From Nitrososphaerota archaeon (GTDB lineage: Archaea > Thermoproteota > Nitrososphaeria > PSMU01), in the NCBI GenBank assembly GCA_040290255.1, contig PSMU01000002.1:294303-358302 (forward strand): a stretch of 64,000 nucleotides of DNA, in the 5' to 3' direction. The notes under the pieces are model-generated. The model saw only the letters and a program-made list of their open reading frames with translations. It had not been told where the DNA came from and ran no database searches. How positions within the stretch are numbered: position 1 is the first letter of the stretch; each line of letters opens with the position of its first letter. Shown one piece after another: positions 39,067 through 49,379 of this stretch. The position numbers and the translations under genes are program-made.

Positions 39067-39111
39067 CGAGAAGACGAATTTTTAATGGCCTAGGCCGCGT
39101 TTAGCCTCCCT

Positions 39112-40353
39112 TTACGCGAAGGCTTCATATTCCCTGCCCAAGATAGAGGCGGCCACGTGGAGGTCCATGATCTCATCTGTTCCCTCGTAGAGCCTCGTCG
39201 CGCGCAGGTTGAGGAAGTGGCGCGTGGGCGGGGCGAGCGTGGAATAGCCGAAGCCTCCAAAGACCTGAACAGCCCTGTCGGCCGCCTGGAAGGCCAGGTT
39301 CGAGGCGACGCGCTTGGCTATGGCCGTGGACCTGTCCGCTGCCCTCCTCAGCTCGCGGTCGAGCGGGTTTCTCTGCCACTCCATGACCTTGAAGGCAGCA
39401 TCGTAGACGGGCCAGCGGGCCATCTCCAGCGCCTCGGCCATGAAGGCGATGTGCTGCTGCACGAGCTGGTGCTTGGCTATGGGCTTGCCGAACTGCGTGC
39501 GCGCCTTTGCCCTCTCCACCGAGGCCTTTAGGCAGTCTTCGATGGCGCCCACGCAGGCCGCGGCCACGGCCAGCCGTCCAACATGAAGGGCTGAATAGGC
39601 CACCAGCAGGCCCCCCTCCTCCGGCCCCAGCAGGTTCTCCTTCGGGACGAGGACGTTCTCATACGAAAGCATGGCCAGGTCCTGCGTGAAGAGCCCAATC
39701 TTGTGCTCCAGCTTAAGGCTGGTCTTGACGCCCATTTCGCGCTCGACTATGAAGGCCGAGACCTTGCCCGTCTCCTCCGACCTCGCGAAGGTTATTATCG
39801 CGTCCGCGATCGAGCCGTTCGATATGAGGTACTTTTCGCCGTTCAGCAAGAAGCCGCCATCCTGCCTGCGGTACCTCATCTCGAGGGCGCTGGCGTTGCT
39901 GCCCACGTTCGGCTCGGTCAGCGCATAGGCGAAGACGAGGTCGCCTTTGAGCGCCGGCATCAAGTACCTCCTCTTCTGCTCCTCGCTTCCCCAGAGGTAA
40001 ATGGGCGTGCAGCCCAGCGCCGTGCTTACGAGCGCCGCCCCGCCGGGCGCCGCTTGGCCCAGCCTCTCCATGCAGAGCACGGTGACGATGAGGCCTGCGC
40101 CCCTGCCCCCATATTCGGGCGGGAAGGAGGTGCCCAACAGGTTATACTTCTTGAGAATCCTATCGGCCTCCAGGTTCAGCCTGTGTTCGAGGAAGGCCTC
40201 GTACTCCAGAGGATAGATCTCCTCGGCCGCCGCATCGGCGTCCTCGAGCACCCTGAGCTCCTCTTCGCTGAAGCGATAGCTCCTGGCGACGTCCCTTATG
40301 CTCCTCGCGAAATAAGGCTCCAGCTCCCTCCTGAAGGTGAGGGCCTGCCCCAT
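39112..40353 (-). CDS. Acyl-CoA dehydrogenase
   Basis: PEYGG.G, ALTEPNVGS, LNGEKYLISNG, R.QFGKPI, AVQVFGG.GY and YEGTDEI motifs. Start reassigned to ATG 40353, about 23 nt from TTTATAA. Confidence 0.9.
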   Translation of the reverse strand: MGQALTFRRELEPYFARSIRDVARSYRFSEEELRVLEDADAAAEEIYPLEYEAFLEHRLNLEADRILKKYNLLGTSFPPEYGGRGAGLIVTVLCMERLGQAAPGGAALVSTALGCTPIYLWGSEEQKRRYLMPALKGDLVFAYALTEPNVGSNASALEMRYRRQDGGFLLNGEKYLISNGSIADAIITFARSEETGKVSAFIVEREMGVKTSLKLEHKIGLFTQDLAMLSYENVLVPKENLLGPEEGGLLVAYSALHVGRLAVAAACVGAIEDCLKASVERAKARTQFGKPIAKHQLVQQHIAFMAEALEMARWPVYDAAFKVMEWQRNPLDRELRRAADRSTAIAKRVASNLAFQAADRAVQVFGGFGYSTLAPPTRHFLNLRATRLYEGTDEIMDLHVAASILGREYEAFA

Positions 40354-40397
40354 GCCCTTCATCGGGCGCCGCGAGTTATAAACCTTGGCGGCCTCTC

Positions 40398-40697
40398 CTA
40401 CTCCGCCAGCGCGTAGCTGACGAGCACCTCCTCCCCCTGCCTGGGGGGGCGAAGCACGTGCATGAAGGTGAGCGCCCTGAACAGGCCCTCTCCCTCGGGC
40501 TGCAGGAGGAAGAGCAGGTCGGAGCCCTCGTACCAGAGTTGGTACCTGCCCGGGCTCCTGAGATAGGGGGCCAGCCATGCCCTGCCCATGCGTGAGTTCA
40601 GCAGGCGAAGTATCTCCTCCGGGCCCTTTTCCCTGAGGAACCTCTCCCGAAGCCTGCCGAGCGAGTGGCGCGTCAGCAGTACCCTTACGCTCTTCAC
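40398..40697 (-). CDS. Hypothetical protein, possible BECR/DUF4258-like small RNase fold
   Basis: LTRHSLGRLRER N-terminal helix, beta-rich middle and ALTF near the end; GTGA overlap with the nrdJ stop. Confidence 0.55.
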   Translation of the reverse strand: MKSVRVLLTRHSLGRLRERFLREKGPEEILRLLNSRMGRAWLAPYLRSPGRYQLWYEGSDLLFLLQPEGEGLFRALTFMHVLRPPRQGEEVLVSYALAE

Positions 40698-43015
40698 GGA
40701 CAGGTCGAGAAGCCGCAGGCGCCACAGGTGAGGCAGCTGCCCAATTTATACAGCACGTTCCCGCACACGGGGCAGATGTCGAAGGCGTACCCCTCCCTGG
40801 CCATGCTCATCACCTGCTTGCCCTCGTGCTCAGGCTTCTGCTCCTTGGCCAGCGAGAGGAGGGGCTCGGCGGCCTCATGAAGGCTTCTTCCCAAGGAGAG
40901 CTCCAGGGCCTTGGCGATCGCGTCGGGGATGCTGTGCACGAGCATGCCGTTGTCCTGGCGCACGCTCACGCTCTTGATGTCCTTGAGCTGCTCTATTACC
41001 TCGTCGGCCTTTATGCCCGAGCGCAGCGCCAGCGAAACGAGCCTGCCGATCGCCTCCGCGAGCGAAAGCACCGTAGAGCCCGTCTTGCCTATCTGCACGA
41101 AGACCTCAAAGGGCTCGCCGTCCTCCTTGTTGACGGTGATGTAAAGGTTGCCCAGCTCCGTCCTGAACTTGTACGTGGCCCCCTCGAGCTGAAAGTCCCT
41201 CGTCCTCTTCTGCTCGAGCTTCCTGGCCTCCGCCGCCTTCGTCGTGAGCAGGATGCCCTCCCTGCTGCCCTCCCTATACACGGTGATGCCCTTCAGCCCC
41301 AGCTTCCAGCCCAAGAAGTAGATCTTCTCCACGTACTCCGGGGTGGCCTCCTCGGGCAGGTTCACGGTGCTGCTGATGGCGGCATCTATATGCTTCTGGA
41401 TGGTCGCTTGAAGCCTTACCCTGAACTCCGGGTCGATCCTGTGCGCCGTGATGAAGTAGTCGGGCAGCTGGCTCTCATCCGAGAGGCCGTGGAGCTCCAT
41501 GTACTTCTTAACCAAGGGATGGTAGACCTTGTATACCTCCTTGCTCAGGCTCTCGCTCCTGCGAATGTAAACCAGGTCGAAGATGGGCTCTATGCCGCTC
41601 GTCACGCCCGCCAGCACGCTGCCCGAGCCCACGGGTGGGATGGTCAGCAGGCAGGCGTTTCTCAGGCCGTGCGCCCTTATCTTCTCGAGCACCTTGGGGT
41701 CTAGCCTTTGCACGAAGGGCCTCTTCAGGTGCTCCTGTACGCTGAGCCCAGGAAATGGGCCCTTCTCCTTGGCCAGGTTGGCGCTCTCATCGTAGGCCAC
41801 GTTCTTTATGAAGGAGAAGAGCTCGTCGGAGAGCTCGAGGGCCCTTGGGCTATCGTACTTCACGCCCAGCATGACGAACATGTCGGCGAGCCCCGTGATG
41901 CCTAGCCCAACGCGCCGGCTGTAGAGGGAGGCCTCCCTCTGCTGTGGCAGGGGATGGCGTTCCTTGTTGTAGTCCAGCACGTTATCCAGGAACCTTACCC
42001 CATACCTTACCGCCCTCTCCAGCCCCTCATAGTCTATGCGCGCCTTCTCCGTGAACGGATCCAGCACGAACTTGGTTAGGTTGATGTTGCCCAGGTTGCA
42101 GCAGCCATAGTCCTCCAGCGCCTGCTCCGAGCAGGGGTTCACGCCCTTCACCGCCATCTTGGGATCGTATTCCGTGGGGCTCTCCCTCTTGACGGTATCC
42201 CAGAAGATGACGCCGGGCTCGGCCGAGGCCCAGGCATTCTCCACGAGCAGCCTCCAGACCTCCCTGGCCTTGACCTGCCTTCTGACCTTGACCTTATCGC
42301 TCTCATACCTGAGCTCGAAGTAATCGTCGCGCTCCACCGCCTGCATGAACTCATCGGAGACCTTCACGCTGATGTTGGCGTACCTTACCCTTCTCCTCTC
42401 GGGGTCGTTCTTTATCGTTATGAACTCCAACACGTCGGGATGGCTGACCTCTATCGTGATCATGAGCGCGCCCCTCCTGCCGTGCTGGCCTATGGTGCCC
42501 GTGGTCAGGGAGTAGAGCTCCATGAAGGAGACGGCCCCCGTCGAGGACATGGCCGAGTTATTTACCGGCGAGCCCTTGGGCCTCAGGATGGAGACGTCCA
42601 CGCCCACGCCTCCGCCATAGCTGTACGTCCTGGCCATCTCCATCGCGGCCGTGTAGATGCCCTCGATCGAGTCCTCCTTTATGGGAATGTAGTAGCAGTT
42701 GAGCAGCGTCACCTTGCGGGGGTTGCCCGCGCCGAACATGATCCTGCCCCCGGGCACGAACCTGAAGTCCTCGAGCAACCAGTAAAACCTCTCCTCCCAG
42801 AGCCTGCGCTGCTCCTCATCCCGCTCTACGCTGGCCAGCTCCCTGGCCACTCTCCTCCACATCTCGGGCGGGTGCTTCTCGAGCAGCCTTCCCTGCCGAT
42901 CCTTCAGCGCGTACTTCTCGATGAAGACCCGCGCCCTAAGCTCATCCCCTCCAAACCACTCTAAGGTCTCTGGCGGTATCTCGGCCTCCCGCTTCGGCTC
43001 TGCTACCTGCACCAC
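40694..43015 (-). CDS. nrdJ: Class II (AdoCbl-dependent) ribonucleotide reductase with C-terminal TSCPD-like domain and Zn ribbon
   Basis: PGGRI, LLNC, GGGVG, RRGA, NPCSE, CNLG, PVGS, SGIEP, GITVYR.GSR, SIPDAIA and terminal CPVC...C..CGFS.C. No intein. Confidence 0.93.
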   Translation of the reverse strand: MVQVAEPKREAEIPPETLEWFGGDELRARVFIEKYALKDRQGRLLEKHPPEMWRRVARELASVERDEEQRRLWEERFYWLLEDFRFVPGGRIMFGAGNPRKVTLLNCYYIPIKEDSIEGIYTAAMEMARTYSYGGGVGVDVSILRPKGSPVNNSAMSSTGAVSFMELYSLTTGTIGQHGRRGALMITIEVSHPDVLEFITIKNDPERRRVRYANISVKVSDEFMQAVERDDYFELRYESDKVKVRRQVKAREVWRLLVENAWASAEPGVIFWDTVKRESPTEYDPKMAVKGVNPCSEQALEDYGCCNLGNINLTKFVLDPFTEKARIDYEGLERAVRYGVRFLDNVLDYNKERHPLPQQREASLYSRRVGLGITGLADMFVMLGVKYDSPRALELSDELFSFIKNVAYDESANLAKEKGPFPGLSVQEHLKRPFVQRLDPKVLEKIRAHGLRNACLLTIPPVGSGSVLAGVTSGIEPIFDLVYIRRSESLSKEVYKVYHPLVKKYMELHGLSDESQLPDYFITAHRIDPEFRVRLQATIQKHIDAAISSTVNLPEEATPEYVEKIYFLGWKLGLKGITVYREGSREGILLTTKAAEARKLEQKRTRDFQLEGATYKFRTELGNLYITVNKEDGEPFEVFVQIGKTGSTVLSLAEAIGRLVSLALRSGIKADEVIEQLKDIKSVSVRQDNGMLVHSIPDAIAKALELSLGRSLHEAAEPLLSLAKEQKPEHEGKQVMSMAREGYAFDICPVCGNVLYKLGSCLTCGACGFSTCP

Positions 43016-43057
43016 CCCTTGCCCCCTCCCAAGGACATGGCCCTACTTAAGAATAAA

Positions 43058-43089
43058 CGTATGCGGCCTCTTAAGCTTAAGCCGATACG
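43058..43089. repeat. Imperfect 32-bp palindrome with perfect core CTTAAGCTTAAG (43070-43081)
   Basis: CGTAT(G)CGG(CCT)CTTAAG|CTTAAG-CCG-ATACG, between the radical SAM stop and the nrdJ start. Confidence 0.55.
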
Positions 43090-43094
43090 CGGAG

Positions 43095-44057
43095 CTAACC
43101 TCTGGTCGCCGGGGCCTTCACCCAAGCCATGAGGCTGCTCTGCTTGAGGGGCAGGGAGGGGTAAAGCAGAGCGCCCAGCGCGCGGCCAGGCCTATCCTCG
43201 ATGGGGAAGCCCCATATGCCGCCATGTTCTTCCACCAGGCCCTTGACGAGCCTATCCAGCCGCGCGCAGTAGGAGCGGGGGGCATGGATGTAGTGCGCGC
43301 TTCTTGTTCCCCGCATTAAGTACAGCTCCTCGAGCCTTGCCCTTATGAGGCCCAGGCCCATATCCTTCAGCTGCGCCGAGAGCCTGGCCCAGATGTCCTC
43401 CCTCAATCTAAGGGGCGCCGCCTCAAAGTAGGCCACGCCCCGTGCCCTGGCCTGCCCGATGAGCGCCCTCAGGTCCTTCTCCGAATCGGTGAGAAAGGGG
43501 ATCACGGGCGCTATGTTGAGGCCCGTCCTGATGCCGCTCTGCGTGAGCCTCTGGGCGGCCGCCAGCAGGGCCTTCGCCGAGGGGGTGCCGGGCTCGAGGC
43601 TCCTCTTGAGGGCCTCGTTGGCCGTGATGAGGCTGAAGACCACCATGCACCTATCGCGCGCCAGGGCCAGCAGATCCAGGTCCCTGAGCACGAGCACGGA
43701 CTTCGTAAAGACGTAGAAGGGCAGCCCCTCCTCCACGCAGCGCGCGAGAATGCGGCGAGTTATTTTGAGCTGGGCTTCATAGGGCTGATAGGGGTCCGTC
43801 GCCGATGATAGCATAATGGGCGGCACCAGCGGCAGGAAGCCCCTCAGCTCCTTGGATAGGAGCTCGGGGGCATTGCGCTTGGCCCTTATGTGATCATAGA
43901 ACTCGGGGGCCCAGTCGTAGGTGGCATAGCAGTAAACGCAGCGGTGCCCGCAGCCCACGTAGGGGTTTAGCGTGAGGCCTGCCCCCATAAACCGATGCAG
44001 GACGGACTTGCTCCTCACCAGGCTCAGGCGGGGCCTCTCGCTCTGATACCAGCGCAC
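43095..44057 (-). CDS. Radical SAM protein, spore photoproduct lyase / Rv2578c-like family
   Basis: NPYVGCGHRCVYCYA, SSATDPYQP.E, TKS..V.RD.D and LEPG.P motifs. Confidence 0.88.
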   Translation of the reverse strand: MRWYQSERPRLSLVRSKSVLHRFMGAGLTLNPYVGCGHRCVYCYATYDWAPEFYDHIRAKRNAPELLSKELRGFLPLVPPIMLSSATDPYQPYEAQLKITRRILARCVEEGLPFYVFTKSVLVLRDLDLLALARDRCMVVFSLITANEALKRSLEPGTPSAKALLAAAQRLTQSGIRTGLNIAPVIPFLTDSEKDLRALIGQARARGVAYFEAAPLRLREDIWARLSAQLKDMGLGLIRARLEELYLMRGTRSAHYIHAPRSYCARLDRLVKGLVEEHGGIWGFPIEDRPGRALGALLYPSLPLKQSSLMAWVKAPATRG

Positions 44058-44114
44058 GCCGCAGCCCTTGGGCTACGGCTATGATATTTAAGCCTCGGAC
44101 GCTCTTTGGCGGAC

Positions 44115-45395
44115 ATGGGCCTGCCCCGCCAGGCAGCCGACTACGTCATCAGGGGCATAACCCAGCTCGTCACCCCTGTGGGGCCCGCGCCCAAGTATGG
44201 TAGGGAGATGGAGGGGGTGCAGGTGATCGAAGATGCCGGCCTGGCCGTTAGGGGAAGGAAGCTCCTGTACGTGGGGCCCACCACCGGCCTGGGCGACTGG
44301 ATAGGCGAGGGCACCAAGATCATCGACGGCACGGGCTTCACGGTCCTGCCCGGCTTCGTGGATGCCCACACGCACATCGCCTACACCGGCGACCGCTCCT
44401 TGGAGTTCAAGTATAGGCTCAGGGGCATCCCCTATCATCTCACGCTGGAGGCTGGCGAAGGCATCTACGCGACCAAATGGTTCGTGGACTCGGCTGACGA
44501 TGAGACCATCTTTAGGGAGACAATGGCGCGCCTCGACATTGCCCTCACGAGGGGCACCACGGCGATGGAGATCAAGAGCGGCTATGGGCTCTCAGTGGAG
44601 GGGGAGCTGAGGCTCCTGCGCATCATAAAGCGCCTGCAGAGGGCTCATCCCATAAGAATAGTGCCCACGCTGCTGGCGCTGCACGCGATACCTAAGGAGA
44701 TCGAGAGGAGGACCTATCTGGAGCAGGTGGTGCAGGAGCTCCTGCCCAAGGTGGTCCAGGAACGGCTGGCGGGCTTCCAGGATGCCTTCGTCGACAAGGG
44801 AGTCTTCACCGCGGCCGAAGCGATATACGCGCTGAAGGCGGGCAGGGAGATGGGCCTTATGCCTCGCGTGCACGCGCATGAATTCTCAAGGGAGGGGGGC
44901 GTGAGGACGGCCTACGAGGTCAAGGCCATCAGCGCCGATCACCTGATCTACGCCTATGGCGATGACGTCGAGAGGCTAAGGGATGCGAGGATCGTCGGCG
45001 TCCTGCTGCCCGCCTCGAGCTTGGTCCAGAAGCCCGGCGAGCACGCCAAGGCCCGCGGCATGGTTACCGAAGGCATGGCGCTGGCGCTGGGCACGGATGC
45101 TAACCCCGTCGTGAAGGTCTACAACATGCTCTTCGTGATGGGCCTCGGCTGCGTGCTGAACGACCTGTATCCCGAGGAGGCCATCACCGCCGCCACCCTG
45201 AACGCGGCCTATGTGCTGGGCCTGGCCAACCGAAAGGGCAGCCTGGAGGCGGGCAAGGACGCGGACTTTGTTATGTATGAGGCCAAGAACTACCTTCACG
45301 TGATCCAGGAGTTCGCGGAGAGGGCGCCCAGCTATGTCTACTGTGAAGGGAGGCTGGTGGCCGAGCGCGGGCGGCTTCTTATCCGTACCTCATGA
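44115..45395 (+). CDS. hutI: Imidazolonepropionase
   Basis: [38 protein letters not shown] and G.LE.GKDAD motifs. Confidence 0.9.
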   Translation: MGLPRQAADYVIRGITQLVTPVGPAPKYGREMEGVQVIEDAGLAVRGRKLLYVGPTTGLGDWIGEGTKIIDGTGFTVLPGFVDAHTHIAYTGDRSLEFKYRLRGIPYHLTLEAGEGIYATKWFVDSADDETIFRETMARLDIALTRGTTAMEIKSGYGLSVEGELRLLRIIKRLQRAHPIRIVPTLLALHAIPKEIERRTYLEQVVQELLPKVVQERLAGFQDAFVDKGVFTAAEAIYALKAGREMGLMPRVHAHEFSREGGVRTAYEVKAISADHLIYAYGDDVERLRDARIVGVLLPASSLVQKPGEHAKARGMVTEGMALALGTDANPVVKVYNMLFVMGLGCVLNDLYPEEAITAATLNAAYVLGLANRKGSLEAGKDADFVMYEAKNYLHVIQEFAERAPSYVYCEGRLVAERGRLLIRTS

Positions 45396-46359
45396 GCTGC
45401 CTGATCGCCCAGAGGATCCTGCGGCTGGTGGGGTTATAGAGCTCCTCGAAGGCGTTGGGGGCCTGGGGCACGCTGGGCCCCGTCACGCGCTTTATGGGCG
45501 CCCTGAGGTGCTCCAGCGCCCTCTCGGCGATCAGGGCCCCGAGCTCGGCCCCAAAGCCCATCGTCCTAGGGGCGTCGTGCACTATGACCACGCGGCCGGT
45601 CTTCTTGACCGACTGCAGGATAGCCTCTATGTCCAGGGGCATGAGCGTGCGCAGGTCGAGGACCTCCACGCCGATGCCCTCCTTCGCCGCCTCGTCGGCC
45701 GCCTTGGCGCTCTCATGCACCGGCCAGCCGTAGGTCAGAATGGTCACGTGTTCGCCTTCCCTGACCTTCTTGGCCTTGCCCAGGGGCACGATGTACTCCT
45801 CCTCCGGCACCTCCTCGCGGGGCGTGCGGTATAGAAGTTTAGGCTCTAGGAAGATGACCGGGTCCTCATCCCTTATCGCCGCCTTCAGCAGGCCCTTCGC
45901 ATCATAGGGCGAGGAGGGGATGACGACCTTAAGGCCGGGCCTGTGCAGATAAAGCGCCTCGGGAGATTGAGAGTGGTAGAACCCTCCCCTAACTCCAGAG
46001 CCGCAGGGCGCCCTCACCACGACGGGGGCGATGTTCTCGCCGCCGGAGCGATATCTTAGGAAGGGCAGGTGGTTGAAGAGCTGATCGGCGGCGGGAAAGG
46101 CGAAGTCGATGAACTGTATCTCGGCCACGGGCTTAAGCCCATACATGGCCATGCCCACGGCCATGCCCACGATGCCCAGCTCCGAGAGAGGGGTGTCGAG
46201 CACCCTCTCGGGCCCAAACTCGTCCAACAGCCCCTCCGTCACCAGGAAGACGCCGCCCCTTACGCCCACATCTTCGCCAAGGACCACGACCCTTGAATCC
46301 CTCCTCATCTCCTCCCTCAGCGCCATATTCAGCGCCTTGGCCATGCCCACTTCGGCCAT
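45379..46359 (-). CDS. 2-oxoacid dehydrogenase E1 beta subunit
   Basis: GEDVG..GGVF..T.GL, DTPLSE, EIQF.DF, HSQSPE and DPVIFLEPK motifs. Confidence 0.92.
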   Translation of the reverse strand: MAEVGMAKALNMALREEMRRDSRVVVLGEDVGVRGGVFLVTEGLLDEFGPERVLDTPLSELGIVGMAVGMAMYGLKPVAEIQFIDFAFPAADQLFNHLPFLRYRSGGENIAPVVVRAPCGSGVRGGFYHSQSPEALYLHRPGLKVVIPSSPYDAKGLLKAAIRDEDPVIFLEPKLLYRTPREEVPEEEYIVPLGKAKKVREGEHVTILTYGWPVHESAKAADEAAKEGIGVEVLDLRTLMPLDIEAILQSVKKTGRVVIVHDAPRTMGFGAELGALIAERALEHLRAPIKRVTGPSVPQAPNAFEELYNPTSRRILWAIRQLMRYG

Positions 46360-46360
46360 G

Positions 46361-47518
46361 CTAGCTCACCTCGAGGCCGAGCGCCTCCGCGATCTCCCTG
46401 AACTCCTCCTCAAGATGCCAGGGCACCTGCCCAAAGACATCCGTGATGAGCTCCCTGGGAGGCGGGGGAGGCAGCGCCTCGGCCTGCTTTATCGCTTCCT
46501 TCACCTGCGCCTCCACCCTGGCCCAGAGCTCGCGGTCCTCCTGCTCGCTGAGCGCGTTGACCGAAGCCAGGTAGCGCGAGAGCCTTAGGATAGGGTCGCG
46601 CCTCTTCCAGAGCTCCACCTCATCCTTGGGCCTATATTTGGTGAGCGGGTCGTCCGCCGTGGTGTGAGGGCTTAGCCTGTACGTTATCGCCTCTATCATG
46701 GTGGGCCCCCCGCCCTCCCTGGCCTTCTCGGCCGCATATTTGGTCAGCTTGTATACCGCTATCGCATCGTTGCCGTCCACCGAGAAGCCCTCTATGCCAT
46801 AGGCCACGGCCTTGACGGAGAGCCGCGTCACCTTGGTCTGCTTTGATACGGGCAGCGAGATGGCGTACTGGTTATTCTCACAGAGCAGGATGAGCGGCAC
46901 GTCGAAGACGGCCGCAAAGTTGGCCCCCACGTGAAAGTCCCCCGTCGAAGTCGCGCCGTCCCCAAAGTACACGAGCGCCACGTCCTTCCTCTTGAGGTAC
47001 TTCATCGCGTAGGCCGCGCCCACGGCATGCGTGATGCTGCTTCCCACGGGCGCGCCCGCGCTGGGCACGTTATAGTCCATGAAGCCGAACTCGGCGGGCA
47101 TCTGCCTGCCCTTGCTGGGATCGCCGGAGTTGGCGAAGAACTTGGCGCAGATCTTTATCAGCGGTACGCCCCTCGCCGTCAGCGCGGCCAGCTGCCTATA
47201 GTTGACGAAGAGCGCATCGCCGGGCCTCAGCGCATAGGCGCTCGCCGCCTCCGTCGCCTCCTGCCCCTCCGCAAAGGCATAGGTGCCCTTCATCCTGCCC
47301 TGTCTCTGCAGGATAGAGGCCTGCCGGTCCAGCACGCGCGCCGTGACCATGGCCTCGTAGATGGCCAGCAGGTCCTTGGTGGAGGGCATGGGCCCAGCCC
47401 TGAGGAGGGCATCGTCCACCACCCTGCCCTCGGGATCCAAGATCTGAAGCACCTGAGGCTCCTGGCCTGAAGCGCGAAAGGGCCTTAGAAAGTCTGCCTC
47501 AGCGAGCTGCGAAGGCAT
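46361..47518 (-). CDS. 2-oxoacid dehydrogenase E1 alpha subunit (branched-chain/pyruvate type)
   Basis: QRQGR, GQEA, KGRQMP, FGDGATS...ENNQYAIS and YR..PHTTADD motifs. Confidence 0.92.
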   Translation of the reverse strand: MPSQLAEADFLRPFRASGQEPQVLQILDPEGRVVDDALLRAGPMPSTKDLLAIYEAMVTARVLDRQASILQRQGRMKGTYAFAEGQEATEAASAYALRPGDALFVNYRQLAALTARGVPLIKICAKFFANSGDPSKGRQMPAEFGFMDYNVPSAGAPVGSSITHAVGAAYAMKYLKRKDVALVYFGDGATSTGDFHVGANFAAVFDVPLILLCENNQYAISLPVSKQTKVTRLSVKAVAYGIEGFSVDGNDAIAVYKLTKYAAEKAREGGGPTMIEAITYRLSPHTTADDPLTKYRPKDEVELWKRRDPILRLSRYLASVNALSEQEDRELWARVEAQVKEAIKQAEALPPPPPRELITDVFGQVPWHLEEEFREIAEALGLEVS

Positions 47519-47549
47519 CGCCCGCCGATGGCGCGCCCAGGCTATAAAC

Positions 47550-47831
47550 CTATCCTATGCCGGAGCGCAGCTCCAGCGGAGAGGGGAGCTTCTTCCACAG
47601 CACGACCAGCGGGAGGCCATACCTCCTCGCCAGCCTGAGCATCTTGCCATGAGGCGCGAGCGCTTCATTGTAGTACTTTATGCTCACTTCGTTCAGCACG
47701 TTAAACGGATCGACGGCGCTTCTCCCCAGGGCCCGCGCGATATCGGCCCTCGTGAGGGAGGGCTCCAGCAGCCTGTAGGCGATGACCTCCTCGTCCTCAT
47801 AGACCTTCTCAAGGGGGCGGCGTTCACTCAA
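47550..47831 (-). CDS. Hypothetical protein coupled to hutH
   Basis: 93-aa ORF overlapping the hutH stop by 8 nt and filling the gap to E1 alpha. Confidence 0.55.
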   Translation of the reverse strand: MSERRPLEKVYEDEEVIAYRLLEPSLTRADIARALGRSAVDPFNVLNEVSIKYYNEALAPHGKMLRLARRYGLPLVVLWKKLPSPLELRSGIG

Positions 47832-49329
47832 GCCCCAGCTGCGCCCTGTTCAGGATCTCCAGCAGCTCCCCGCTTGCCAGCAGCTGGGCGGCCGCCTCTA
47901 TCTCCGGCTGAAGCGAATGGTCGGCCCTGTCAAGCGGCAGCCTCCTCCTCAGCTCCGTGCGTAGAAGCGAGGTGCCGATGCCGAGCGGCTCCGTGACGTA
48001 ATCCAGCGCCCTGAGCGCGCAGGCGAGCTCCGCGCCCAGCACCAGCGAGGCAAGCCCCACGGCCCTCCTCGCCTTGAGCGCCGCGGTCATGCCGAGGCTG
48101 GCATGATCCTCCTGGTTGCCAGAAACGCTGACGTAGTCGACGCAGCTCGGGGAAGCCAGCAGGCGAAGCTCCGCGAGCAGCGAGACGGCCGTATATTCGG
48201 CCATCATGTAGCCCGTCTCGAGGCCGGGCCTCTCGCTGAGATAGGGAGGAAGACCGCTGATGGCGGGCGTAAGCAGCAGCTTGGTCCTGGCCCTCGAGAT
48301 CACGGCCAGCTCGTTGAGCGAGATGCAGAGCAAATCCATCGCCTGCGCCAGGTGCTGGGCATGAAAGCCGCCCCCATGAAGGGCCCTTCCCTCAACGATG
48401 AGGGGGTTATCGCTGCAGGAGTTCAGTTCCTGCTCGACGGCCTCCCTGATGAAGCGGTGCGCCTGCCTCACGGCCCCGTGCACCTGCGGCGCGCACCTGA
48501 TCGAGTAAGGGTCCTGCACGCCTCGCCTGCCCAATCGCTCGCTGCCCTTCACGAGCTTCCTCACGTTGGCCATGACCACATCCTGGCCCTCCAGCGGCCT
48601 TACGACGTGATGTAGGGGATCGAAGGGCTCCGGACTGCCGCCTATGGCTTCCAGGGAAAGGGAGAGGAGGGCATCCGCGGCCTTTATCAGCTGAAGGGCA
48701 TCGTAGGTCGCCAGGGCCGCGCAGGAGGTGGTGAAGTGGGTGCCGTTTATGAGCGCCAGGCCCTCCTTATTCTGTAGGGACAGGGGCGTGAGCCCTGCCT
48801 CCCTGAGCGCCTCGCCGGCAGGCAGCCTCCTGCCCCTATAGAAGACCTCCCCCTCGCCCAGCAGCACGGCCGCGAGGTGGGCCCCGGGCGCGAGGTCGCC
48901 GCTCGCCCCCAGCGAGCCATAGCAGGGGACCACGGCCACTATGCCATGGTTAAGAAGCGCCTCCAGCGCCTTCAGCAGCTCGGCCCTCACGCCCGAGTAG
49001 CCCTTGCTGAGGGAGAGCAACCGCGCAAGGAGCGCACCCCTTACTATCTCTTCGGGCAGGGGCTCTCCCACGCCGGCCATGTGGCTCCTGATGAGGTTCA
49101 GCTGTAGCTGAGCCTGTTCCTCTTCATGCACCACGTAGCTGGCCTGTCCGCCCACGCCGGTGCTCACGCCGTAGACGGGCGTCCCCGTCCTTAGCAGGCG
49201 CTCGAGCGCCTCCCTGGAGGCGGCCGCCCTCTGCAGGGCGGCATTCGAAAGGATGACCTGCTCCCTCCAGCGAGCCACCCGCACGAACTGCTCGAGGGAT
49301 ACCTCCTCATTCCCGACCTCAAGCGGCAT
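47824..49329 (-). CDS. hutH: Histidine ammonia-lyase
   Basis: YGVSTG.G, GSLGASGDLAP (MIO-forming ASG), KEGLALING, QDPYSIRC.PQVHG, DNP and QEDH motifs. Confidence 0.92.
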   Translation of the reverse strand: MPLEVGNEEVSLEQFVRVARWREQVILSNAALQRAAASREALERLLRTGTPVYGVSTGVGGQASYVVHEEEQAQLQLNLIRSHMAGVGEPLPEEIVRGALLARLLSLSKGYSGVRAELLKALEALLNHGIVAVVPCYGSLGASGDLAPGAHLAAVLLGEGEVFYRGRRLPAGEALREAGLTPLSLQNKEGLALINGTHFTTSCAALATYDALQLIKAADALLSLSLEAIGGSPEPFDPLHHVVRPLEGQDVVMANVRKLVKGSERLGRRGVQDPYSIRCAPQVHGAVRQAHRFIREAVEQELNSCSDNPLIVEGRALHGGGFHAQHLAQAMDLLCISLNELAVISRARTKLLLTPAISGLPPYLSERPGLETGYMMAEYTAVSLLAELRLLASPSCVDYVSVSGNQEDHASLGMTAALKARRAVGLASLVLGAELACALRALDYVTEPLGIGTSLLRTELRRRLPLDRADHSLQPEIEAAAQLLASGELLEILNRAQLGLE

Positions 49330-49351
49330 GGCGAGAAGGCATGCCGCCTCA

Positions 49352-49358
49352 TTATATA
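49352..49358. promoter_or_regulatory. Shared bidirectional TATA box (TTATATA) for hutH and hutG
   Basis: It is the only AT patch in the 50-bp gap, 22 nt from the hutH ATG (49329) and 21 nt from GTG 49380. Confidence 0.55.
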
Positions 49359-49379
49359 GCTTTGGCCCGCAGGAGGGCC

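Noticed and set aside
39112-40725. 537-aa version of the acyl-CoA dehydrogenase
   Set aside because: The N-terminal 124 aa overlap the 99-aa ORF and the nrdJ end. A TATA-like box about 23 nt before ATG 40353 gives a normal-sized enzyme.
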